DNA of 64,000 bases from Candidatus Muiribacterium halophilum (GTDB taxonomy: Bacteria; Muiribacteriota; Muiribacteriia; Muiribacteriales; Muiribacteriaceae). The translations under genes were made by a program, and so were the position numbers. This document shows, piece by piece, positions 57,179 to 64,000 of this stretch (the stretch's first letter is position 1; every line of letters begins with the position of its first letter). The stretch covers positions 84,603 through 148,602 of the forward strand of contig JALOAD010000001.1 of NCBI GenBank assembly GCA_023228995.1, given 5' to 3'. Under the pieces are notes generated by a model that was not told where the DNA came from, did no database searches, and saw only the letters and a list, made by a program, of their open reading frames with translations.

Positions 57179-58306
57179 ATGATGAAAAAGCTTGGTGCAA
57201 TATTCGGCCTTTTAGCTCTATGTGTCTTTTCCTTCGCAAGTGACGGTGGGGCCGGTCAGGCAGGTGCATATCTCAAAATGGGTGTTGGTGCCCGTGCACT
57301 CGGCATGGGTGGAGCTTTTGTAGCTGTCTCGGATGATGCAACCGCATCATACTGGAATCCAGCCGGACTTGCAAAATTAAAAAAAGACCAAGCAAGTTTT
57401 ATGCATGCAAAACTAAAACTTGATAGAAATTTCGATTTTATAAACTATGTAAAAAAACAGGGTGAAAACCAAGCAATTGCGTTTTCTGTAATTCGCTTTG
57501 GTGTTGATAACATACCTGAAACCAGAATATGGAGATTTGATTCAAGTGGGAATTTAAAATCTAATCTTACTTTTGGTAATCCATATTATTATATCGATAC
57601 AGCAACTGGAGATGCAAGAGCTATACCTGTAACTACTACAGGTGCTAATAGTGAAGCAACTCCACCTACAGTTAATCCTACTTATGATAATACTTGGACT
57701 AAAGAGCAGGTAGAAGGTGTTCAAGCTGGTGGAGATTCAAGCAGTGCATTACAAACAGATATTGTAGGACCTGAACCGGTTAAAATATTTTCTAATTTTG
57801 ATGATAATGAAGATACTATGTTTGTGTCATGGTCAAAAGGTTTTGATAATTTATATTTAGGTGCAAACTTTAAATATATGACTCAGAGTCTTTTTGGATA
57901 TGATGCTGATTCTTTTGGTATGGATATTGGATTATTATATGATTATACATCAAAATTAACATTTGGTCTTTCAATAAGGGATCTTTTTGGTGAAATGAAA
58001 TGGGATACTCCATCTAAAACAGCAGATAAGATTCCAGTAACAACTCAACTTGGTATTGCTTACAGACCTATGTCAACATGGTTAATCGCGCTTGATTATA
58101 ACAAGGTTGAAAATATGAGCTCTGAGTTCTATTTTGGTGCTGAAAAAGCAATCAACGATATACTAAGTGTAAGAATAGGTTCAAATGACAGTGATTTTTC
58201 TGCTGGACTTTCATTCTATAATGAAGAATGGGTTTTTGAATATGCCTATGCTGAACAAGAATTAGGTAATATTCACAGATTCTCGACAACAAGAAGCTTT
58301 AAGTAA
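57179..58306 (+). CDS. Outer-membrane beta-barrel protein, FadL/OmpP1-like N-terminal motif
   Basis: Signal peptide then GVGARALGMGGAFVAVSDDATASYWNPAGLA, matching the conserved N-terminal FadL/TodX-type motif. C-terminal ...FSTTRSFK. Confidence 0.5.
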   Translation: MMKKLGAIFGLLALCVFSFASDGGAGQAGAYLKMGVGARALGMGGAFVAVSDDATASYWNPAGLAKLKKDQASFMHAKLKLDRNFDFINYVKKQGENQAIAFSVIRFGVDNIPETRIWRFDSSGNLKSNLTFGNPYYYIDTATGDARAIPVTTTGANSEATPPTVNPTYDNTWTKEQVEGVQAGGDSSSALQTDIVGPEPVKIFSNFDDNEDTMFVSWSKGFDNLYLGANFKYMTQSLFGYDADSFGMDIGLLYDYTSKLTFGLSIRDLFGEMKWDTPSKTADKIPVTTQLGIAYRPMSTWLIALDYNKVENMSSEFYFGAEKAINDILSVRIGSNDSDFSAGLSFYNEEWVFEYAYAEQELGNIHRFSTTRSFK

Positions 58307-58334
58307 AACTCTACTCCTTTTTTAAATAAAAAAA

Positions 58335-58357
58335 AGCCTGGGAAACTAGGCTTTTTT
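58335..58357 (+). terminator. Rho-independent terminator (AGCCTGG-gaaa-CTAGGCT + T6)
   Basis: 7-bp stem (one G-U) followed by TTTTTT, 30 nt after the stop at 58306. Confidence 0.7.
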
Positions 58358-58386
58358 ACTTTATATGATTATTATATTGTTTTTCT

Positions 58387-58429
58387 CACTAGATTTGCTA
58401 GCAAATTGCTAATTAGGTGCAAAGCACCG
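58387..58429. repeat. Conserved 43-bp intergenic element, copy 2, preceded by the perfect palindrome TTTGCTAGCAAA
   Basis: Read directly and compared with 46181-46223. Confidence 0.8.
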
Positions 58430-58554
58430 CTAATGTTCTTTCTTGCTTTTCTAATTGTCTATTTATAGACATTAATGCTCCTTCGCTATTTCACTAGTTC
58501 TTAAATTGCTTTTATAATTCTTAATTTTTAATTATTAATTGTTATTTGTTTATA

Positions 58555-59133
58555 TTAATACTTCTGCAATAGCATTTCATCAGGATTAACTGGTCCTGAT
58601 GTCATAATATGAGATATAAGCACATCTGTATCTTCGCCATTAATAAGAAATTTAACTGATTTTACCGCATCAATCTGACAAACTGTATTTGCAATACCAT
58701 AAATAAACAATAATTCAGGTAATATTCCACCTTGGAAATTTGACCTAACTTCTCTTGATAAATCAATATAAAGAACATTTTCAGATAAAAAATAATTTCT
58801 CAAAGTAACTTTTTCAGGAATAACATTAAAAAGATCGGAGTTTTCAGGACCTTTGAAATATTCATCAAGTACAATTCCAGAAAGAACAAGTGGATTATGG
58901 GACAATCTTATCTTTCTATCTTCTCTAATTAATTTATTACCATCTGTATAATAAAAAGACATATTAAGAATTTCAAAATTCTGTTCATTAATTTCTTTTT
59001 GCTCAAATTTATCAGGCATTTCAGAAGAATAATCCTCAATTTCATAATAAAAAATAAAATATGAACTTACACATAAAATTGCAAGCCAAAATATTTTAAA
59101 AACTAATTTTATAAATCCAAAACTATCTTTCAT
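58555..59133 (-). CDS. GerMN-domain protein (membrane-anchored)
   Basis: N-terminal TM helix. Body fits the GerMN domain pattern (...LVLSGIVLDEYFKGPENSD...VLYIDLSREV). Confidence 0.5.
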   Translation of the reverse strand: MKDSFGFIKLVFKIFWLAILCVSSYFIFYYEIEDYSSEMPDKFEQKEINEQNFEILNMSFYYTDGNKLIREDRKIRLSHNPLVLSGIVLDEYFKGPENSDLFNVIPEKVTLRNYFLSENVLYIDLSREVRSNFQGGILPELLFIYGIANTVCQIDAVKSVKFLINGEDTDVLISHIMTSGPVNPDEMLLQKY

Positions 59134-60755
59134 TGATTATCTCCAGATTTAAAAAATATTTCAATAGATGAAACTATGTTTTCTGCTATTTTCTGCTGAA
59201 CAATACTATCTTTTAAAAATTCAGCACTTTCTCTATTTGTCAAAGACTCAACTTCAAATACAATACCAGGACAATTAATTTCAGAAAGAACTCTAATTTC
59301 AGCAGGAAATGTACCTTTTTCAGTCCAATGCATATTATCACTAATAATTCTTGATAAAATCCTCGCAAATTTTCTTGAAGATTCAACTATTGACATTTGT
59401 CTTAATTCCATAAGAACACGCTGAGTATTATCTTCATTGTTAAGTTTTTCATTAATCAGTTTTTTTTCATTTTCATATTTAGAATTAGCATAATAATATA
59501 TATAAAAACCTCTTGAATTAACTTGAGAAGATGCTCCAGCATGAATTGATATAAATAATTCAGCTTTATTACCATTTGCTGTATAAATTCTATCTTCTGA
59601 TGAAACATTTGAATTACCAGTTCTTGTAATAAAAGGTCTTGCGAGTTTTCCTTTTAATATATCATAAATTTTTCTTGAAATTTCAAGAGTTATGTCTTTT
59701 TCATATATACCATATCTAGTAATACCATAATCGTTTCCACCATGACCAGGATCAATTACTATAACATGATCTTCAAGATAATTTTCATTTGTATCAAATG
59801 CCAAAGTGTTTTGATCAAGCAAAGTATCCTCAACTTTTTCAAGCAAACTTTCGTCAACAAAAATTTCATCCGAACTATATAATTGATTTTCAAATGTATC
59901 AATATCAAGTTCAAAAATTTCAGGTTCATAAACACTTTCTTTTAAATTAGAATCATTAGTTTTAATTTTTATTTCTGTTGTTATTTTTGTTAAATTGATA
60001 TTTTTTTCAATTTCAGAATCAACTCTGTTTTCAGGTAAAACTTCATTTTTATCCAATCCTGTAACTACTTTAATAAGCAATCCTGTAGGTTGCATAGAAG
60101 GTCCGGTTTGTATATCGTATTCTTCGTTAAATTCAATTCTTAAAACAGTAATATTGTTTTCAGTCATTATAATATTTGAAATAATAAAATCAGAAAAAGG
60201 AATATCTTCTGTCATAACATTTGTTTGGGTTTCAGGAAAAGTAATATTTAATATATTTCTATTTTTACTAATCATATATTCATTTTTTGAGTAAGTTTTA
60301 TCACCTACAACAAATATATTTAATTCTTCACCAGTTTCTCTAATAATAATATTAGAAATTTTGGCAAGTTTATCAAACTCTTCAGGTTTCCAAGTAATCT
60401 CAAAGCCAAAATACTTTTGAAAAAACTTAACATCAAAATAAACTTTCCTATTAATTAATCTTGGAGCAATTTCCAATTCTTTATAATTGCTATTTATAAG
60501 AAGTTCTTTTTGATCTACAACAGTACTCATCATATTATTATTGTAATTTATAGCAATTATTCCTGTATCTGGAAAATATCCAAATTTTATATCAAATTTT
60601 CTGCAAACATCTTCAAGTGGAAGATATACAATATCGTTTTCAATCTGTCCTTGAATTTTTTCAGAATTAATATTAACCTGAATACTATTATAAGCATATA
60701 AATTACAAAATAAAAACAAAATAAATATTAATAATAAGCTTTTTTTCTTTGCCAT
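59130..60755 (-). CDS. N-acetylmuramoyl-L-alanine amidase (Amidase_3, AmiC-like) with N-terminal AMIN-like region
   Basis: HVIVIDPGHGGNDYG zinc-binding start of Amidase_3. ELFISIHAGAS second motif. Confidence 0.8.
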   Translation of the reverse strand: MAKKKSLLLIFILFLFCNLYAYNSIQVNINSEKIQGQIENDIVYLPLEDVCRKFDIKFGYFPDTGIIAINYNNNMMSTVVDQKELLINSNYKELEIAPRLINRKVYFDVKFFQKYFGFEITWKPEEFDKLAKISNIIIRETGEELNIFVVGDKTYSKNEYMISKNRNILNITFPETQTNVMTEDIPFSDFIISNIIMTENNITVLRIEFNEEYDIQTGPSMQPTGLLIKVVTGLDKNEVLPENRVDSEIEKNINLTKITTEIKIKTNDSNLKESVYEPEIFELDIDTFENQLYSSDEIFVDESLLEKVEDTLLDQNTLAFDTNENYLEDHVIVIDPGHGGNDYGITRYGIYEKDITLEISRKIYDILKGKLARPFITRTGNSNVSSEDRIYTANGNKAELFISIHAGASSQVNSRGFYIYYYANSKYENEKKLINEKLNNEDNTQRVLMELRQMSIVESSRKFARILSRIISDNMHWTEKGTFPAEIRVLSEINCPGIVFEVESLTNRESAEFLKDSIVQQKIAENIVSSIEIFFKSGDNQ

Positions 60756-61183
60756 TCTCTATCAATATCCTTTTTTTTAATATCTTCTCTCTTGTCAAAA
60801 AGTTGTTTTCCTTTTGCAAGTCCGATCTCGACTTTTAACATACCATTTTTAAAATATATACTCAATGGAACAATTGTCAAACCTTTTTCCTGAACTTTTG
60901 CAAGTAATTTTCTCAATTCCTTTTTATGAAGAAGAAGTTTTCTATCTCTAACCGGATCATGAGTTGTAATACTTGCCATTTTATATTTTGCAATATGAAG
61001 ATTGACAATAAATGCTTCTCCTCTAATTAATTTAACAAAACTATCATTAAAATTAATACCATGATTTCTTGCAGATTTAATTTCAGTTCCAGTAAGAACA
61101 ATACCAGCCTCAAATCTTTCAAGTATTGAATATTCATGAAACGCTTTTCTATTTTTTAATAATTCACTAGTTTTTTTACTCAT
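60728..61183 (-). CDS. smpB: SsrA-binding protein
   Basis: 151 aa. KAFHEYSILERFEAGIVLTGTEIKS and C-terminal basic tail. Characteristic SmpB. Confidence 0.9.
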   Translation of the reverse strand: MSKKTSELLKNRKAFHEYSILERFEAGIVLTGTEIKSARNHGINFNDSFVKLIRGEAFIVNLHIAKYKMASITTHDPVRDRKLLLHKKELRKLLAKVQEKGLTIVPLSIYFKNGMLKVEIGLAKGKQLFDKREDIKKKDIDREWQRKKAYY

Positions 61184-62250
61184 AGACCTTTTACATAATC
61201 TCCAATTCTTATTTTATTATCATTTTCTATAGTAATCTGACCATAAGTCAGTTTTTCATCAACTTTAGTAATAAGTATTTCTCCAACTACAATTTCATCA
61301 GTCCAACCAAGCAGTTCTCCACTTTCAAGATCTTTAACTTCTGAACCACCTCTATATAAAGTAAGATGAGACCTAAATTCCATACCTTTTTTTAAACCAT
61401 CTCTAAAACCTGAGTTTATAATTACTTCTTTACCATTTCTTTTTATAATTACAAACAATGATTTAGTTTTAATAAATTTTGATATTTCAACAATCATATC
61501 TCTTAAATATGGTCTATACTCAGCAAAATCCTCACTTCCTTTTTTAAGAATTCTGACAGCTTCTTCATATTCACCAGCATCAGAAAGAAGTTTTGCAATC
61601 ATTTTATATCTTTTCATATCAGGTTTGATTTTTAAACCTTTTTTTATTTCTATAGCTGCAAGTGCAGGAAAACCTCTATCCATATAAACATCGCTTAATC
61701 TATAATAATATTCAGAAATATTAGGATTTTTTTCAATAGCATATTTAAGAGAATTTTCAGCTTCAAAAAAATTCCCATCCTCAATATAAATCAACGCTTG
61801 ATTACATAATAACTCAGCTTCCTGTTCAGATGATATTACATCTTTTATTTTTGATCCTAAATCTGGATTTTCTTCTAACTCTTTAAGATTTTTTTCATTT
61901 TGTAAAATATCATTTCTAACAATAACAGCTCTTTCAAAATAAAACATAGCTTTTTCAAAATCATTATTTTCGCGATATATTTTACCAAGAAAATAATATG
62001 CTTCAATAAATCTAGGATCAATATCAATAATATTTTTCAAAGAAATTTCAGCTAGTCCTATTTTACCATTTTTATAATAATCTTCAGCTTGTTTGTATAA
62101 TTCATGAATATCAGTTTCAATATTAACCGATGTAACTATTTCACCTATATCACAAAAAACAGATAATTGTATAAAAAATATATATAAAAGTGAAATAATA
62201 AAAAACTTTTTCATAATATATATATAAACAGATTTATTTTTTAGAGTCAA
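61180..62250 (-). CDS. TPR-repeat protein (membrane-anchored/secreted)
   Basis: N-terminal hydrophobic segment. Several 34-aa TPR-like units (AEISLKNIIDIDPRFIEAYYFLGKIY...). Confidence 0.6.
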   Translation of the reverse strand: MTLKNKSVYIYIMKKFFIISLLYIFFIQLSVFCDIGEIVTSVNIETDIHELYKQAEDYYKNGKIGLAEISLKNIIDIDPRFIEAYYFLGKIYRENNDFEKAMFYFERAVIVRNDILQNEKNLKELEENPDLGSKIKDVISSEQEAELLCNQALIYIEDGNFFEAENSLKYAIEKNPNISEYYYRLSDVYMDRGFPALAAIEIKKGLKIKPDMKRYKMIAKLLSDAGEYEEAVRILKKGSEDFAEYRPYLRDMIVEISKFIKTKSLFVIIKRNGKEVIINSGFRDGLKKGMEFRSHLTLYRGGSEVKDLESGELLGWTDEIVVGEILITKVDEKLTYGQITIENDNKIRIGDYVKGL

Positions 62251-62309
62251 TTGACAAAGTGTAGTTTTTACATTATCATATTCTAATATAATATTTCTCT
62301 GGAGGATTT

Positions 62310-63713
62310 ATGAAAAAATTTGATCTTATTGTTATTGGATTAGGACCTGCTGGTATGGCAGTATCTATAATGGCTTCTGAAATGGGTCTTAAAGTCGCTG
62401 GAATTGAAAAACATAAGATCGGCGGTGAATGCATGAATGTTGGTTGTATTCCAAGCAAAGCTATATTAAGAGAAGCATTAAATTATTATCATTCTATTAA
62501 TTTTCTAAATATTGAAAATCCAACTTATACAAAACAACATCTTTTTGAAAATATAAATAAAAGTCTTGAATATATTAATGACAAAAAAACAATTGGTATG
62601 TTTTCAAAAGTAAAACTTTATCTAGGAAATGACGCAAAATTTATTAATAAAAAAACTGTTAAAGTTGGTGAAGAAACAATAACTGCTCCTAAAATATTTA
62701 TATGTACCGGTACAAAACCTTTCATACCTCCAATTCCAGGAATTGATTCAGTTGATTATTTAACAAATGAAACAATATTTTCTCTTGATAAACTTCCAAA
62801 ATCAATGATTATAATAGGTGGTGGAGCAATAGGTTCAGAAATGGCCCAAGCTTTTTCAAGATTAGGTACAAAAATAAGTATAGTTCACATGGATCCTAAT
62901 CTTATGTATGGACCAAATAAACATAGTAAATTTATTATGGAAGACATTCTTTTAAAAGAAGGTATTGATATATTTAATTCAAGAAAAATATTATCAATAG
63001 AAAAATCTAATAATAATATAATTCTAAAAACAGATAAAAATGAAAGTATTATTGGCGAAAAACTTCTTGTTGCAGCAGGAAGAACTAGAGATTTTACATC
63101 TATGGAACTTGAAAAAGCAAATATAAAATATGACAGAAACGGTATAAAAGTTAATAATTATCTTCAAACAAATATAAAACATATATATGCAGCAGGTGAT
63201 GTAAATGGACATTTTCTTTTATCTCATGCAGCAATGCATCAAGGAATGATTTCACTTATAAATAGTATGCTTCCATGGGTTTTTAAAATGAATTTCAAAA
63301 AATTCATCGTACCATGGACTGTTTTCACCGATCCACAGATTTCTTATGCTGGAATGAGCGAGTATGAGCTTAAAGAAAAAAATATTTATTATGAAACTTA
63401 TATAAGTAAATATCAAGATTATGGTGCAGCAATCGCAGAAAACATTGCTGTTGGTCATGTTAAAATATTATGTTCAAAATGGGGCAAAATATATGGAGCT
63501 GAAATTGCTGGCGAAGGTAGCGGAGAAATGATAAATGAAATTGCACTTGCTATACAAAATAATTTAAAAATGCATAATATAATGTTTTTACAACATTCTT
63601 TCCCAACAATGGGTTTTTTAATAAAAAGAGTTGCAGAAAGCTGGATGATGAAGAGAATGGAAAGTAAATTTTTAAAAAAATCAGCTAAATTTTTCTTTAA
63701 AATTTTTAAATAA
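62310..63713 (+). CDS. Pyridine nucleotide-disulfide oxidoreductase, dihydrolipoyl dehydrogenase/mercuric-reductase-like
   Basis: FAD motif DLIVIGLGPAG. Redox-active disulfide GGECMNVGCIPSK. NAD motif IIGGGAIGSEMAQ. GGAGGA SD. Confidence 0.8.
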   Translation: MKKFDLIVIGLGPAGMAVSIMASEMGLKVAGIEKHKIGGECMNVGCIPSKAILREALNYYHSINFLNIENPTYTKQHLFENINKSLEYINDKKTIGMFSKVKLYLGNDAKFINKKTVKVGEETITAPKIFICTGTKPFIPPIPGIDSVDYLTNETIFSLDKLPKSMIIIGGGAIGSEMAQAFSRLGTKISIVHMDPNLMYGPNKHSKFIMEDILLKEGIDIFNSRKILSIEKSNNNIILKTDKNESIIGEKLLVAAGRTRDFTSMELEKANIKYDRNGIKVNNYLQTNIKHIYAAGDVNGHFLLSHAAMHQGMISLINSMLPWVFKMNFKKFIVPWTVFTDPQISYAGMSEYELKEKNIYYETYISKYQDYGAAIAENIAVGHVKILCSKWGKIYGAEIAGEGSGEMINEIALAIQNNLKMHNIMFLQHSFPTMGFLIKRVAESWMMKRMESKFLKKSAKFFFKIFK

Positions 63714-63870
63714 AAAGGTCGGTGGTATTTTTAAACAATAATTTTTTTGAATAATCTTACCGATTAATATAATATATACTTGAAGCTTAGAAATTATAAT
63801 TATTTTTTAAGCTTCAACCTTACCAATAAGATGAGTTTAATACTCAATAAGCGTATAATCTGGAGGGAAG

Positions 63871-64000
63871 ATGAAAAAAACAGTTATTATTCTATTAGTG
63901 TTTCTAATGACAAATCTATGTTTTGCAGGTGAAAAACCATGTATTATTGATTTTTTCAACAATGTACAAGAATATCTTAATTACATGGCTACATTAAAAA
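63871..64000 (+). CDS. Secreted hypothetical protein, N-terminal part (runs off the window end)
   Basis: MKKTVIILLVFLMTNLCFAG signal peptide. GGAGGG SD upstream. Confidence 0.4.
   Translation, partial: MKKTVIILLVFLMTNLCFAGEKPCIIDFFNNVQEYLNYMATLK

Overview
This is a 64-kb window from an AT-rich (about 28% GC) diderm bacterial chromosome: several lipoproteins carry Cys lipoboxes, and there are beta-barrel/FadL-like outer-membrane proteins. No rRNA, tRNA or CRISPR array was found. Almost all genes are on the minus strand. Housekeeping and metabolic content: metG; a trehalose cluster (otsA-otsB plus a TreT-like GT4); a 4-gene molybdo-hydroxylase (xdh-type) operon; a peptidoglycan-recycling pair (GH3 NagZ-like + DUF1343 NamZ-like) and an AmiC-type amidase; smpB; an lpd-like oxidoreductase; UvsE; a CdnL/CarD regulator; two sensor kinases; and large repeat-containing surface lipoproteins (a DUF285-repeat protein and an LRR/internalin-like protein). 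Two accessory gene clusters stand out. (1) A complete Wadjet/MksGFEB-type SMC-like anti-plasmid operon in the order jetD-jetA-jetB-jetC (36665-44418). (2) A tightly coupled operon at 7048-12272 with its own promoter, encoding an IMPase-family protein, an 853-aa AAA_16/STAND NTPase with a C-terminal OmpR/PhoB-type winged helix, a tandem-SH3 126-aa protein, a small helical protein and a stand-alone SIR2_2-like (NADase-type) protein. I consider (2) the best candidate for an undescribed Avs/Thoeris-flavoured defence or signalling system. The intergenic regions are unusual. They carry families of short tandem repeats of 7-, 8- and 11-bp period, including an about 50-copy octamer array at 52838-53232. 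They also carry G-tract telomere-like repeats, three families of conserved 25-70 bp elements recurring at two or three loci, and a 24-bp inverted-repeat pair bracketing a 380-bp AT-rich segment. A periplasmic-binding-domain/PAS histidine kinase is split by a frameshift in a T8 homopolymer.
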